From the NCBI GenBank assembly GCA_020724555.1, contig DYGT01000003.1:21415-85414 (forward strand): a stretch of DNA of 64,000 bases. The letters run 5' to 3'. The notes under the pieces were generated by a model. That model was not told the DNA's origin and searched no databases. It saw only the letters and a list, made by a program, of their open reading frames with translations. This document shows positions 8,973 to 19,682 of the stretch, piece by piece. Position numbers and translations under genes: made by a program. Within the stretch, counting starts at the first letter, position 1, and each line of letters opens with the position of its first letter. The DNA is from Candidatus Microgenomatus sp. (GTDB lineage: Bacteria > Patescibacteriota > Microgenomatia > UBA8517).

Positions 8973-9851
8973 TTACAAACCCTCTTTCTGAAGCTCTTTG
9001 ATTAAATCTTTTTGTTTGTGGGTGAGTTTGGAGGGAATTTCCACATCCAGCTTAACATACTGGTCTCCCTGGCCACGCCCGTGAAGATGCGGCAAACCTT
9101 TGCCACGAAGCCGCACCATCGTCCCTGAGGCCGTGCCTTTTCGGATTTTCAGCTTAAGCTCACCGTCAATTGTGGGGACCGTTATAGTTCCACCTAAGAT
9201 TGCGGTACTAAAAGGCACACTTTGGCGCACATAAATATCTGCCCCATCCCGCTCAAAAAACGCGTGCGGCTTAACATTCACAGACAAAATAAAATCGTCA
9301 AAGCGGATACGGCTGCCGTCGTCAACACCTGCCGGAATTTTAATTTTTCGTCTTCTGCCGCCGATGTCCACTTCTTTTTGAGTACCACGGGCAGCCTCCA
9401 TAAATTCAATATCTATGCTATAGCGGGGAATACGCGTTGTCCGAGTTGCCCGAAACGGGCTGCCTCCGCCAAAAAACTGCTCAAAGATTTCAAACGGGTC
9501 GCCAAAATCAAATCCACCAAAACCGCCTTGGCTGCCGGAATAAGTGTAAGTAAACGGCCCCCACTGGCCGGTATTGCCAAAAGGGGAACTGCCGGCTCTG
9601 CCAAAGCCGCCACCGGGAGCAAATGCCTGGTGTCCGAACTGGTCGTAGGCACTGCGTTTTTCAGGATCGGACAAAACCTGGTAAGCTTCGTTAATTTCTT
9701 TAAAACGTCTTTCGGCTACTTCTTTATTGTCTTTGTGTTTATCCGGGTGCCACTCCAAAGCTTGTTTGCGGTAAGCCCGTTTTATTTCGGCATCCGACGC
9801 GTCTTTGCTTACTCCCAAAACATCATAATAATCAGCTTTGCCATCTGCCAT
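8973..9851 (-). CDS. dnaJ: DnaJ chaperone lacking the Cys zinc finger (class B/CbpA-like)
   Basis: J domain DYYDVLGV...WHPD, G/F-rich linker, C-terminal domain; no CxxCxGxG repeats; follows dnaK. Confidence 0.93.
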   Translation of the reverse strand: MADGKADYYDVLGVSKDASDAEIKRAYRKQALEWHPDKHKDNKEVAERRFKEINEAYQVLSDPEKRSAYDQFGHQAFAPGGGFGRAGSSPFGNTGQWGPFTYTYSGSQGGFGGFDFGDPFEIFEQFFGGGSPFRATRTTRIPRYSIDIEFMEAARGTQKEVDIGGRRRKIKIPAGVDDGSRIRFDDFILSVNVKPHAFFERDGADIYVRQSVPFSTAILGGTITVPTIDGELKLKIRKGTASGTMVRLRGKGLPHLHGRGQGDQYVKLDVEIPSKLTHKQKDLIKELQKEGL

Positions 9852-9866
9852 ATCATTTAGTAGCCA

Positions 9867-11753
9867 TTATTCAACCACTTCTCCCTCTTCTGCATCAGAG
9901 GGCTTACCGTCGGAGGCTTTGGAATCCTTTTTATCATCGGCCGGTGCCGCTTCCTCTTTATACATGGCGGCGCCAACTTTCTGAAGCTCAGTGTTTAGCT
10001 CTTCGCTTGCTTTTTCCAGCTTCTCCGCGTCAATTTCAGTCTCACCCAAAAGATCTTTAACCGCTTTGATTTTTTCTTCAACCGCTTTTTTAATGTCCGC
10101 CGGCACTTTGTCTCCGGCATCTTTCAACGCCTTTTCTGAACCGGCCACCAGATTATCGGCTTTGTTTCGAGCCTCCACCATCTTTGCCTTTTTCTCGTCC
10201 TCGGCCTTGTGTTTTTCGGCTTCCTCGCGCATCTTTTCTACTTCTTCATCCGAAAGGCCAACCGCGCCGGTAATGGTGATATTTTGGCTTTTTTCTGTGG
10301 CTTTATCTTTGGCCGTCACTTTCAGGATGCCGTTACTGTCAATGTCAAAAGTAACCTCTATCTGGGGCACGCCACGCGGTGCCGGGGGAATGCCATCCAG
10401 AATAAACCTGCCCAAAGATTTGTTGTCCGCTGCCATTGGCCGCTCGCCTTGCAAAACATGAATTTCTACTTGGTTTTGATTATCGGCGGCGGTACTGAAT
10501 ACTTCGGTTTTACTGGCCGGGACTGTGGTATTTCTGGCAATCATGGGGGTGGCCACTCCACCCAAAGTTTCAATGGCCAAAGTCAAGGGAGTCACATCCA
10601 ATAAAAGAATGTCCTTTACTTCCCCGCCCAAAACGCCACCTTGGATAGCGGCACCGATGGCAACAACCTCATCCGGATTTACCCCTTTGTGCGGCTCTTT
10701 AGCGAAAAAGTCTTTAACCCTGTTTTGGATCATGGGCATTCTGGTCATCCCGCCAACCAAGATCACCTCATCAATATCTGCTACAGTCAATTTGGCGTCT
10801 TTAAGGGCAGATTTAACAGGATCCATGGTCCGCTCCACCAGGTCCTCCACCAAACTTTCCAGTTTTGCCCGGGTTATTTTGAGATTGAGGTGGAGGGGAT
10901 TACCGTCTTTTTGTGTAATATATGGCTGGTTAATTTCGGTTTCAGCGCTTGCCGACAGCTCAATTTTTGCTTTTTCGGCGGCATCGCGGATACGCTGCAA
11001 GGCCTGTTTATCCTGCCTAAGGTCAACGGCATTTTCTTTTTTAAATTCATCGGCAATAAAATCCACGATCTTTTCATCAAAATCATCCCCCCCAAGGTGA
11101 GTATCCCCATTTGTGGATTTAACTTCAAATACCCCGTCTCCAAGCTCCAAAATGGAAATGTCAAACGTTCCTCCTCCCAAATCGTAAACTGCTATTTTTT
11201 TACTATCTTTTTTATCAAGACCGTAGGCTAAAGCCGCAGCCGTAGGCTCATTAATAATGCGTTCCACCTTAAGCCCGGCGATTTCTCCTGCTTGTTTTGT
11301 AGCTTGGCGTTGGGAATCGTCAAAATATGCAGGGACCGTAATCACGGCAGATTCTACGCTTTCGCCCAAATAGCTTTCGGCATCCTTTTTAAGCTTCATA
11401 AGTACACGCGCTGAAATTTCCTGAGGGGTATACGTTTTATCTCCCACTTTAACTACGGCCATATTGTCTTTACCCGCGGTTATCGTGTAAGAAACCATCT
11501 TTTTGGTTTTTTCTACCTCGGTGGCGTTTTCGCGCCTTCCCATTAAACGCTTTACTGAATGGATAGTATTTTTGGGGTTTAAAATCATTTGGCGCTTAGC
11601 CACATCCCCCACAAGATTTTTTTCAGGTTCGACAACAGATGGGGTGATATTACGCCCCGTATCTGCCGCAGGAATTACTTTTGGTTGCCCTGCTTCCATG
11701 ACAGCAACGACCGAATTTGTTGTTCCTAAATCTATTCCGATAATTTTACTCAT
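9867..11753 (-). CDS. dnaK: Chaperone DnaK (Hsp70)
   Basis: [37 protein letters not shown]. Confidence 0.99.
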   Translation of the reverse strand: MSKIIGIDLGTTNSVVAVMEAGQPKVIPAADTGRNITPSVVEPEKNLVGDVAKRQMILNPKNTIHSVKRLMGRRENATEVEKTKKMVSYTITAGKDNMAVVKVGDKTYTPQEISARVLMKLKKDAESYLGESVESAVITVPAYFDDSQRQATKQAGEIAGLKVERIINEPTAAALAYGLDKKDSKKIAVYDLGGGTFDISILELGDGVFEVKSTNGDTHLGGDDFDEKIVDFIADEFKKENAVDLRQDKQALQRIRDAAEKAKIELSASAETEINQPYITQKDGNPLHLNLKITRAKLESLVEDLVERTMDPVKSALKDAKLTVADIDEVILVGGMTRMPMIQNRVKDFFAKEPHKGVNPDEVVAIGAAIQGGVLGGEVKDILLLDVTPLTLAIETLGGVATPMIARNTTVPASKTEVFSTAADNQNQVEIHVLQGERPMAADNKSLGRFILDGIPPAPRGVPQIEVTFDIDSNGILKVTAKDKATEKSQNITITGAVGLSDEEVEKMREEAEKHKAEDEKKAKMVEARNKADNLVAGSEKALKDAGDKVPADIKKAVEEKIKAVKDLLGETEIDAEKLEKASEELNTELQKVGAAMYKEEAAPADDKKDSKASDGKPSDAEEGEVVE

Positions 11754-12198
11754 TTTTATTTTCCTTTCTTTTTACTGAAACGATTACTTTTGCAGGTCTT
11801 ATTATATAATCCCCAACCCTGTAACCAGTCAAGCTGCATTCTAAAATATCGCCATCTCTTTCTCCATCTCTGGCGTCAATTGCTTCATGAATATTTTCAT
11901 TAAATTTATGACCCGTTTGCGGTTTAATGACTTCTACTTCAAGTTGTTGTAAAACTTTATTAACCTCGTCTATCGCAAGCGCTAAACCAGAATCTTTTAA
12001 ATGTAATTGAATATTATCAAGCATATCAAACACTGGTAATAATTTTGTAAGAATTAAAATCTTTTGCCGAGCTTCTTCATCTTCGCGTTCGCGCATAACC
12101 CGTTTTTGCAGGTTGTCATAATCAGCAAGAGCACGCACCAATTGTTCCCGCAAAGCCTCATTTTCTTTTTGCAATTTGTCTTTTTTTACTTTTGGCAT
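11746..12198 (-). CDS. grpE: Nucleotide exchange factor GrpE
   Basis: [34 protein letters not shown]; lies between hrcA and dnaK. Confidence 0.95.
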   Translation of the reverse strand: MPKVKKDKLQKENEALREQLVRALADYDNLQKRVMREREDEEARQKILILTKLLPVFDMLDNIQLHLKDSGLALAIDEVNKVLQQLEVEVIKPQTGHKFNENIHEAIDARDGERDGDILECSLTGYRVGDYIIRPAKVIVSVKRKENKNE

Positions 12199-12201
12199 AA
12201 A

Positions 12202-12930
12202 TTATTTACCTCCAACTTGCTCTACTAAACTTCCAAAATATCTGACGGTGGGAATAATGGCCGGGTAATTCAAACGAAATGGGCCAATAACCCCAATTGC
12301 ACCATGTTTTCCTTGTACCTCAAAACGCGAAGCCACAATGCCTATTGGCTCAAAATATTCCCACCCCAGCTCTTCTCCAAAAAGTACTTCAATGGGGCTT
12401 AGCCCCTGGAATTTCTCAAAAAAAAGCTCATGCAGGCGCCTGCCTTCTTCCAATGTTGAGAATAAAGTTTGGCATACCTGAAAATTAAAAAACTCCGGGC
12501 TGTTAAAAAGCTGGGAATGTCCATAGCTCCAAAAATCCCCGTCATCCATGGCTGCCACAGACAAAGTTTGTGTCCGCTCTGATAAAGCTTTTGTAGCGTG
12601 GCGCAAAAGCTCATCCAAGTCCGAGCGTACATCCCAGACATTTTCCCGCGCCTTAACTTCCTCGGTAAGGCTCAATCTCCGCTCCTCCATGAGCTGGTTA
12701 ATATAAAATTTCATGGCTTTGGGAGTAGGCACGCGGCCGGCTGAAGTGTGTGGTTGTTTTAAAAAACCAGTCCGTGTCAAGGACGCCATTTCATTTCTAA
12801 TGGTTGCCGGAGAAACTCCAAGATTATATTTTTTCTCAAGCGCCATTGAGCCTACCGGGACTGCGGTTTCAATATATTCGTCTATTAAAGCTTTTAATAT
12901 CTGTGTTTGTCTTGCTGTTAAGCCTTCCAT
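12202..12930 (-). CDS. hrcA: Heat-inducible transcription repressor HrcA
   Basis: SPATIRNEM, QPHTSAGRVPT, GAIGVIGP. Confidence 0.96.
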   Translation of the reverse strand: MEGLTARQTQILKALIDEYIETAVPVGSMALEKKYNLGVSPATIRNEMASLTRTGFLKQPHTSAGRVPTPKAMKFYINQLMEERRLSLTEEVKARENVWDVRSDLDELLRHATKALSERTQTLSVAAMDDGDFWSYGHSQLFNSPEFFNFQVCQTLFSTLEEGRRLHELFFEKFQGLSPIEVLFGEELGWEYFEPIGIVASRFEVQGKHGAIGVIGPFRLNYPAIIPTVRYFGSLVEQVGGK

Positions 12931-12931
12931 C

Positions 12932-12958
12932 TTAGCACTAATATAATACGAGTGCTAA
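12932..12958. promoter_or_regulatory. CIRCE operator overlapping the hrcA promoter
   Basis: TTAGCACTA-N9-GAGTGCTAA (1 mismatch to consensus); TTGACA at 12968-12963, 17 nt, TATATT at 12945-12940. Confidence 0.93.
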
Positions 12959-12974
12959 GATGTGTCAAGCCTTA

Positions 12975-14687
12975 TCAGATACCGGATGTGTCTGAAGCTA
13001 CTGGACTGACTGATTCTCCCTCTTTGGGAGGAATAGTAAACTTTCTGTGTTTAAGTACACGCAAAAACACCTGAAGTTCGCTGGTACGAAGCAAGGCGTT
13101 GATTGCCAAATATACAATTCCGCCCAATATGGCGGTTATAACCGTTAATAATAATAAATTGGCGCTGTAGCGGGTATCCAGGACAAAATTCTCAAAATTC
13201 AACGTTTTTAAAGATTGGATGTTTGTGATAAAAGACAAACGCTTGACCCAAACCGAACGGTCAAAAAACTTTAAAGTAATAAACATCACCGAACCGGATA
13301 AAAATGCAGATAAAGTGTGTTTAAAGATAGGCGTTAAGGCAAACAGGCTTCCTCCATTTAGCCTGCGGCTCAAAAGAAAATATAAAATTACCGCCTGAAA
13401 AGCGTTATTAATGGAATATGAAAGCGCCAGTGCCCAAGTAGACATACCCAACCCTAAAACAAGCACCAAGGAAACCATTACGTTTACTATCACACCAATA
13501 ACGGAAACTATTAGCGGTGTTTTTGTGTCGTGCAAAGCAAAAAAGCTGCGCGTCAAAAGTAGAAGCACCGATTGAAAAAAAACTCCCAAGGCAAAGGCAG
13601 AAAGAACATAACCGGTTTGGACTGTCGCCGACCAATCAAATAAATGTGTCCCAAACAAAAGCCTGACGATGGGTATACGCAAAACAATCATTCCCATAAC
13701 AACCGGAATAACAAAAAAAGAAATTTGGTAAAGCGAAGTCAGAAATACCGTTTTTAATTTTTTCGGTTCATTTGAATAATGAGCAAGTGTAGGAAGAGCT
13801 GCTTTGGCAATTGATAAACCAAAAAGTCCGACTGGCAAAGCCTGTACGGACAAGGCAAAATTGTAATAAGTATATGCGGGCGTAGAAATGAGTGAGGCCA
13901 AAAACAGCTCAACCGTCTTGGCAATTTGCAATATCCCCAGTTCAATCATTCTGGGTGTTGCCAGTTTACCTATACGTTTTACATTTTTCCCAGCTTTAAG
14001 CTCAAACCTGAACCTAAATCCCAATTTATAAGCAACTGGTAACTGGACTAAAAAATGCGCCAGGGCGCCAATTACCACGCCTATTGCAGGCGCCAAAAGA
14101 CCCAGGCTCGGTGCAAACAAAATTGTTCCAAGGATTATTCCCAGGTTATAAAACAAGGGAGCAAGGGCCGGAACAACAAATCTTTTTAAAGATTCTAAAA
14201 CGCCGGTCATTACATAGCTCACAACAAAAAATCCCTGAGCTGCAAATAAAACCCGCGCTAAATAAGCGATAGTTTCGGTTTCGGGACCGCTAAAACCAGG
14301 GGCAATCAAAGCATAAAGACTATGGGCAAATAGCCCGAACACCAAATAAAACCCCAAAAAAACGATTAAACCAAAATTAACCACCCGGCCTGCGGTTATC
14401 CAAGCCTCTTTTTGTTTTTTATGAAAAGTTCTGGCAAAAACCGGTATAAATGCAGAGGATAAAGCACCCAAAGTAAATACCTCAAAAACAAGGTCGGGCA
14501 GACGAAAAGCAGCAAAAAAAAGCGCCAACTCTTCATCAATAAAATAGTGGCCTAGGACTCTAAGGCGAATAAGGCCGCTTAGGCGTGCCACAAGATTCAT
14601 AAGCATGATAATCGTCGCCGCTGAAAGAATTGTTGCTTGCGGTGCCAAGAGAAGATTTTTGCCTTTTTTAAACCAACTGCTAACCAT
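12975..14687 (-). CDS. murJ: Lipid II flippase MurJ (MviN)
   Basis: AAFRLPDLVFE, GALSSAFIPVF, RSFFALHDTKTPL; many TM helices. Confidence 0.93.
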   Translation of the reverse strand: MVSSWFKKGKNLLLAPQATILSAATIIMLMNLVARLSGLIRLRVLGHYFIDEELALFFAAFRLPDLVFEVFTLGALSSAFIPVFARTFHKKQKEAWITAGRVVNFGLIVFLGFYLVFGLFAHSLYALIAPGFSGPETETIAYLARVLFAAQGFFVVSYVMTGVLESLKRFVVPALAPLFYNLGIILGTILFAPSLGLLAPAIGVVIGALAHFLVQLPVAYKLGFRFRFELKAGKNVKRIGKLATPRMIELGILQIAKTVELFLASLISTPAYTYYNFALSVQALPVGLFGLSIAKAALPTLAHYSNEPKKLKTVFLTSLYQISFFVIPVVMGMIVLRIPIVRLLFGTHLFDWSATVQTGYVLSAFALGVFFQSVLLLLTRSFFALHDTKTPLIVSVIGVIVNVMVSLVLVLGLGMSTWALALSYSINNAFQAVILYFLLSRRLNGGSLFALTPIFKHTLSAFLSGSVMFITLKFFDRSVWVKRLSFITNIQSLKTLNFENFVLDTRYSANLLLLTVITAILGGIVYLAINALLRTSELQVFLRVLKHRKFTIPPKEGESVSPVASDTSGI

Positions 14688-14784
14688 ATTTTCTAATTAC
14701 AAACAATACACCCTTGTCGTTTTGATATCCAATTTGATATTTTACCCCGTGTCAGCTATACTCTCAAAGCAAAAGGGAATAAAT

Positions 14785-15024
14785 ATGCCAGTTACCAAAA
14801 CCGCCAAAAGAGCTCTTCGGAGTTCAAAACGAAAAGCAATTATAAATAAACGTAACACAGCCCGATTGGAAATTGCCATACGTAAAGCCGATAAAGTAAA
14901 AACCCCAAAAGCCATACGCGAGGCGATATCTATTGTGGATAAGGTTTCCAAAAGCAATTTAATCCACAAAAACAAGGCAGCCCGCATTAAAAGCAGGCTC
15001 AGTAAACTTGCCAACGCTAAATGA
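14785..15024 (+). CDS. rpsT: 30S ribosomal protein S20
   Basis: MPVTKTAKRALR...LIHKNKAARIKSRL; start placed at ATG 14785 within the longer track ORF. Confidence 0.95.
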   Translation: MPVTKTAKRALRSSKRKAIINKRNTARLEIAIRKADKVKTPKAIREAISIVDKVSKSNLIHKNKAARIKSRLSKLANAK

Positions 15025-15071
15025 CAGGCTTCAATATTTCCTCGGGCGTATGATATATTTAAGTAAATCAC

Positions 15072-15668
15072 ATGCCTGCCCAACAAAAAAAGAAATTGGT
15101 CAACCTGGTTCCTCGAAGCAACTTTGAGGACACAACAGCCGGGAGAGTCTTAAAATGGACTCTTTCTACCTTCCGCATGCTGGTCATATTTGTCGAGCTC
15201 GTGGTAATCGCCGGCTTTATAGCCCGTTTTTGGCTGGATGTCGTGCATTCGGACTTAAATGACGAAATAAAACAAAAAACACAGCTTATTGAATCTTACA
15301 GCTCTTTGGAAACAAACTTCAAAAAAGCCCAAACTAAGCTTCTTCTCTTTAAAACAATAGATGAACAAGAAAACCGCAATTCAGACCTGATCGCCGCTCT
15401 AACAACAAAAATTCCCAATGGCGCCAACCTGTCACAATTCAAAAGAAATGCAAGTTTGATGGAGATCTCCATTGAAAGCGTATCGGAACAAGCGGTGTCA
15501 CAATTGATTTCAAATCTACAGGCTTTCCAGGATTTTACCGATATGAAGCTTATACGTGTGCAATCCCAGGAAGGTAATCCGTATGTTATTTATACTCTGC
15601 AAAAAAATATAGTAGTAGAAACAGATAATTCTGTTGTTGAGGATCAGGAAAATGGAAACCAGATTTAA
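15072..15668 (+). CDS. PilN-like type IV pilus alignment protein
   Basis: N-terminal VNLVP (INLLP-like) motif, single TM, coiled coil, ferredoxin-like C-terminus. Confidence 0.7.
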   Translation: MPAQQKKKLVNLVPRSNFEDTTAGRVLKWTLSTFRMLVIFVELVVIAGFIARFWLDVVHSDLNDEIKQKTQLIESYSSLETNFKKAQTKLLLFKTIDEQENRNSDLIAALTTKIPNGANLSQFKRNASLMEISIESVSEQAVSQLISNLQAFQDFTDMKLIRVQSQEGNPYVIYTLQKNIVVETDNSVVEDQENGNQI

Positions 15669-16332
15669 CAAAAACTACCAGCTTTACCGTAAATATTTAG
15701 AACAAATAATTGTCATGTACCAAAAAAGGAACGATCTCCGATTATTTTTGGAAACGTTTTTGACCATAGGGGCTGTTGTCTTTTTTGGATTATTTGCAGT
15801 GAAACCAACGCTCGTAACCGTAGCAGAACTTTACCGAGGAAAACAAGCTAAAGAGGAAACTTTAAATACTTTAAATACAAAAATTGAAAACCTAATTCAA
15901 GCAGAAAAGCTTTATAACCAATACGAAAACGAAATTGCACTTCTCCACCAAGCCATACCCTCAGAACCTCAGGTTGAAGAAGTGGTCCGCCAAATAGAAG
16001 GCGCTGCCAATAAAAATGAAGTATTACTTTTAGCGTTTGATCTTGACCAGGTAGTTATCAAGGGCCAAGCCATAACGAATGAACAAAACGACCAACAAGA
16101 AAACGCCACAAATAGCGAGAAGCCGGGTGCAGCAAAAGAAATAGTTTTTGAATTAAGCGTAGCCGGCGAATATAACCGACTATTATCATTTCTTACTCAT
16201 CTTGAAAGGATGCGCCGGCCAATAAAATTCCTGGAATTTGATTTTAGAAAACCACCAACTGGAGTGGAAGCAACCGGTCCGATTTTGCTAAACATAAAGG
16301 GAGCTACTGTTTATACTCAAGAAAATGAATAA
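15652..16332 (+). CDS. PilO-like type IV pilus alignment protein
   Basis: TM, coiled coil, AIPSEP, and SVAGEYNRLLSFLTHLERMRRPI (PilO GxY..L..F...LE pattern); follows the pilN-like gene. Confidence 0.75.
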   Translation: METRFNKNYQLYRKYLEQIIVMYQKRNDLRLFLETFLTIGAVVFFGLFAVKPTLVTVAELYRGKQAKEETLNTLNTKIENLIQAEKLYNQYENEIALLHQAIPSEPQVEEVVRQIEGAANKNEVLLLAFDLDQVVIKGQAITNEQNDQQENATNSEKPGAAKEIVFELSVAGEYNRLLSFLTHLERMRRPIKFLEFDFRKPPTGVEATGPILLNIKGATVYTQENE

Positions 16333-16720
16333 AAAAGAAAAACCATTTTTAGTCCAAGTGGCAATCCTTACAGCCATTACTACTTTGGTGTGGATTGGCT
16401 TTAGCGTTTACAAAGCATTGACAAACGAACCGGAACCAACAGTATCAGAAGAAGTTCTAGCCGTAATTCAACCCACGCTTGAGACTGACATTTTAGAAAA
16501 TTTGGAAACCAGATTGTACTTGAACGATGAAGAAATTGGCGATACTGTGTTAATAAACAATTTATCACCAGCTACCGACACTAATGACGATCAAATTGAA
16601 GAAACGGAAAATGAAGAAAACACAGATCAGGAAAACCAAGAGAGTGAAGAAGAAACCGAACAAACTGGGGAGGAAGATTCCGGAATCACAGAGGAGGAAA
16701 ATATAAACATAAATGAATAA
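16325..16720 (+). CDS. Single-TM protein with acidic tail (PilP position)
   Basis: N-terminal TM and E/D/N-rich C-terminus; overlaps both neighbours. Confidence 0.7.
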   Translation: MNKKEKPFLVQVAILTAITTLVWIGFSVYKALTNEPEPTVSEEVLAVIQPTLETDILENLETRLYLNDEEIGDTVLINNLSPATDTNDDQIEETENEENTDQENQESEEETEQTGEEDSGITEEENININE

Positions 16721-18068
16721 GAAAAAAACCATACCGACAATTTTGGGCATTTTCGTCTTAATGCTGGGTGTTGCAACCGGAGTTTTTTTGCTTCAAAGAC
16801 AGCAAATATTCCGCCTGGGAGCGGGAGGTGACACCGAACCCAAAGATGTACGCATTACCAATGTTACTGATACCAGCTTTACCATATCCTGGGTTACCGA
16901 TAAACAAACCACTGGTGCAATTGAATGGGGAACATCACAAAACTTAGGACAAACTGCCCATGAAGACAACGGCCTGGCTACAATTATCCACACAGTCACT
17001 CTTAAGCACTTAAACCCAAATACTAAGTATTATTTCCAAATTCTTTCGGATAATAGTGAGTATACCCAAGCCGGTTCACCATGGCAGGTAACTACAGGAG
17101 CCGAATTGCCACCGCCCGAAACATCAAATATAATTTCCGGCCAGATACAAACTCCGGACGGGACGGAGGCCAGCGGAGTTTTGGTATATGCAACCGTAGG
17201 AAACGCGCTTCCCCTCTCTACTACAACTTCCCAAAATGGAGAGTGGGTAATATCCCTTGCCAACGCCAGGAATCAGTCGGCTTCTGATTATGTAAATTTA
17301 ACCCCGGAAACGTTAGTAGAAATCTATGTACAAGGAGGGTCAATGGGTGTTGCCTCAGCACAAACTTTGTTAAAAAATGCCAACCCGACCCAAATCATTA
17401 CTCTTGGCAGTAGCTATGACTTTAAAAATGAAACCAGAGATGTTACTAATGAAAACCCCGAGGCAGAATTATCCTTACCCAACCAAACCAACGAGCGCGA
17501 ATCCGGCTTTAACTTAACAAACGACGCTGGGGAAGGCAACGACGAAGTAGTTACTATCGAAAGCTTAGACAATAATGAAATAATTTATACACAAAAGCCT
17601 GAATTTTTTGGAAGTGGCCCGACCGGCGCGGAATTTACCATTACAGTTGAATCAGACCCAATTAGCGATCAAGTAACGGTAGGCCCAAGCGGATGGAGCT
17701 GGAGCCCTCCTCAAAATCTTGAAGAGGGAGAACATACTTTAACTATCAGCTGGATAGATGCCGAAGGAATCTTAAGAAAAATCACCCGCACTTTTGTTGT
17801 CCAAGCGGCCGAAGACGAACCATCTTTTGAATCAACGCCGTCGGACACGACTACACCGCGATCAACACCTACACCAACACCTACTATCACACCAACACCT
17901 ACCATTTCTGCTTCTGCCACACCTACTGGCTCACCAAGGACCAGCATCACAGCCAGTGATTCGGCAGAAATGCCAGAAGCAGGAAGCATCAAACAAACAA
18001 TTTTTCTGGCGATAAGTGGCTTTAGTTTATTAACTGCCGGTGTTTATGTTAGTATTAAAAAGTCATAA
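16713..18068 (+). CDS. Surface protein: N-terminal TM, FN3 domain, Ig-like domain, PT-rich linker, MPEAG plus C-terminal TM
   Basis: VRITNVTDTSFTISWVT...LNPNTKYYF (FN3); WSWSPPQNLEEGEHTLTI (Ig-like); TPTPTP; MPEAG followed by a hydrophobic helix and KKS. Confidence 0.85.
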   Translation: MNKKKTIPTILGIFVLMLGVATGVFLLQRQQIFRLGAGGDTEPKDVRITNVTDTSFTISWVTDKQTTGAIEWGTSQNLGQTAHEDNGLATIIHTVTLKHLNPNTKYYFQILSDNSEYTQAGSPWQVTTGAELPPPETSNIISGQIQTPDGTEASGVLVYATVGNALPLSTTTSQNGEWVISLANARNQSASDYVNLTPETLVEIYVQGGSMGVASAQTLLKNANPTQIITLGSSYDFKNETRDVTNENPEAELSLPNQTNERESGFNLTNDAGEGNDEVVTIESLDNNEIIYTQKPEFFGSGPTGAEFTITVESDPISDQVTVGPSGWSWSPPQNLEEGEHTLTISWIDAEGILRKITRTFVVQAAEDEPSFESTPSDTTTPRSTPTPTPTITPTPTISASATPTGSPRTSITASDSAEMPEAGSIKQTIFLAISGFSLLTAGVYVSIKKS

Positions 18069-18069
18069 A

Positions 18070-19194
18070 ATGGATCCTACTGTCCCAAATAATAACCCAC
18101 CGTTTTCAAATACCATCCCCCAGGAGTCCACAGCCGGTATGGCGATAGAGACTCCCACCAATCCCACGCCAAACATACAAACACAACCATCCATTGCCAC
18201 TTCTCCACCAAATAGTAATTCTAAAAATAAAACAAAAATTATTGCCGGAATTTTGGGTATTATTGTTTTGATAGGCGGAATTATTGCCGGTGTTATCTTA
18301 TTAAGACAAAACCAAGCTCCCGAGCGCCAAGCAGCCAACTGCAGTGACTGGTGTACCAGTCCCCAGGATTGTTCCAACGCCGGCGGCGTCCAGACAACAC
18401 CTTGTAGTTTTGAATTTTGTAGCCCGGGACTGGTTGCTTGTACACTTGACCCGGAAGGAGGCGGGGCCCCACCACCGGATACCGGTCAGTGCAGTGTTAC
18501 TTTCCCAGGAGGAGTCACGGGAAGCATTGTAATTTCCTCATCCTGTGGATCCATCCCTTTTAACGCTTATTACCGGAAAGCTGATGCTGGCACCACCGAT
18601 GGCGACTGCGTGGGCACGAATGAAAATTCGCTTGGAGTTAAAAATTTGGGACCGGGCACACACAACCCCAGAGATTATGGACCGGGTGGGTGCGGCTGGT
18701 GTGTACAACTGGACAGTAGTCACGGTGGTTCGGCCCAATATACAGGCGATTGTCCCGTACCCACACCCACGGCAACGCCGACAATACCACCGGAAACTTC
18801 TCCATTGCCGACGGCAACGCCGACGCCAACGGCTACAGCTACGCCTACAGCCACTCCGACTATGCCACCAGGAGTCAATATCACAGCTATGTGTTTGGAT
18901 ATTCGTGCATATGACAGCGAATGGAATAGTTTGACCGCAAGCGACTTGTCGCAATTGAAACCCGGAGATTTTGTGCGCTTTAGTGTCCGAGGCAGCGCCA
19001 GCGACAACGGTATAAATAAAGCCCGTTTTAGTTTAAACGGGGGTGCACCCATAGAAACTACCAAAACCAAACCGGGAACAGATAATGAATATTACCAAGA
19101 ATTTACTCTGCCGAATATCCCTGAGGGTAAAGAATCTTTAACAATTAACGTAAAGGCAGAACTGTTTCATCCTATACTAAATATGTGGTTTTAA
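18070..19194 (+). CDS. Membrane-anchored Cys-rich, PT-rich surface protein
   Basis: Start at ATG 18070 (MDPTVP); TM; domain with many Cys; TATPT repeats; beta-rich C-terminus. Confidence 0.85.
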   Translation: MDPTVPNNNPPFSNTIPQESTAGMAIETPTNPTPNIQTQPSIATSPPNSNSKNKTKIIAGILGIIVLIGGIIAGVILLRQNQAPERQAANCSDWCTSPQDCSNAGGVQTTPCSFEFCSPGLVACTLDPEGGGAPPPDTGQCSVTFPGGVTGSIVISSSCGSIPFNAYYRKADAGTTDGDCVGTNENSLGVKNLGPGTHNPRDYGPGGCGWCVQLDSSHGGSAQYTGDCPVPTPTATPTIPPETSPLPTATPTPTATATPTATPTMPPGVNITAMCLDIRAYDSEWNSLTASDLSQLKPGDFVRFSVRGSASDNGINKARFSLNGGAPIETTKTKPGTDNEYYQEFTLPNIPEGKESLTINVKAELFHPILNMWF

Positions 19195-19196
19195 AT

Positions 19197-19682
19197 ATGA
19201 AAGATTTTTTAAGTAATAACAAGACAGCATTAATGGTAACCAGCATAACCGTGGTTTTGGCTGGTATTGCGGTGTTTACCGCTCTTCGCCTTTACCAGTT
19301 GCGAGACACCCAAGTGGCCCCCACCGCTCCCGAGCGGCCCAGAGCGGAGGCACCACAATCCTGCGAACTTTTCTCCTTTACTATTACCAATCCGTCGCAG
19401 ACGCCATCGGCTTCACCTACGGCAACGGCAACGGCGAAAGCGTCTCCTTCACCCACAGCTACTGCCACACCCACAGGGACACCCAAAGCTACGCCAACAA
19501 ATACTGCCACACCGACGGGTACTGGCCAAACAACACCCACTGCCACGCCAACCGCAACGGCACTGGCCCAAGGACCAACGGCGACTCCGGCTCTACCTGA
19601 TGCGGGCATAGGCACGCCCGCGATAGCGGGACTTGGAATGGGAGCGCTTTTGCTGCTTTTTGCGATACTTCTTGTCTTTTAA
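19197..19682 (+). CDS. Small PT-rich surface protein with LPDAG plus C-terminal TM
   Basis: N-terminal TM, TATPT repeats, LPDAG followed by a hydrophobic helix. Confidence 0.85.
   Translation: MKDFLSNNKTALMVTSITVVLAGIAVFTALRLYQLRDTQVAPTAPERPRAEAPQSCELFSFTITNPSQTPSASPTATATAKASPSPTATATPTGTPKATPTNTATPTGTGQTTPTATPTATALAQGPTATPALPDAGIGTPAIAGLGMGALLLLFAILLVF

Noticed and set aside
8973-9851. dnaJ (and infB, metG) as truncated pseudogenes
   Set aside because: The frames are intact with complete core motifs; the missing parts are dispensable accessory domains.
17860-19600. ACNCCN-type DNA repeats as a mobile or regulatory repeat
   Set aside because: They are degenerate codon-level repeats explained by Thr/Pro-rich protein linkers.
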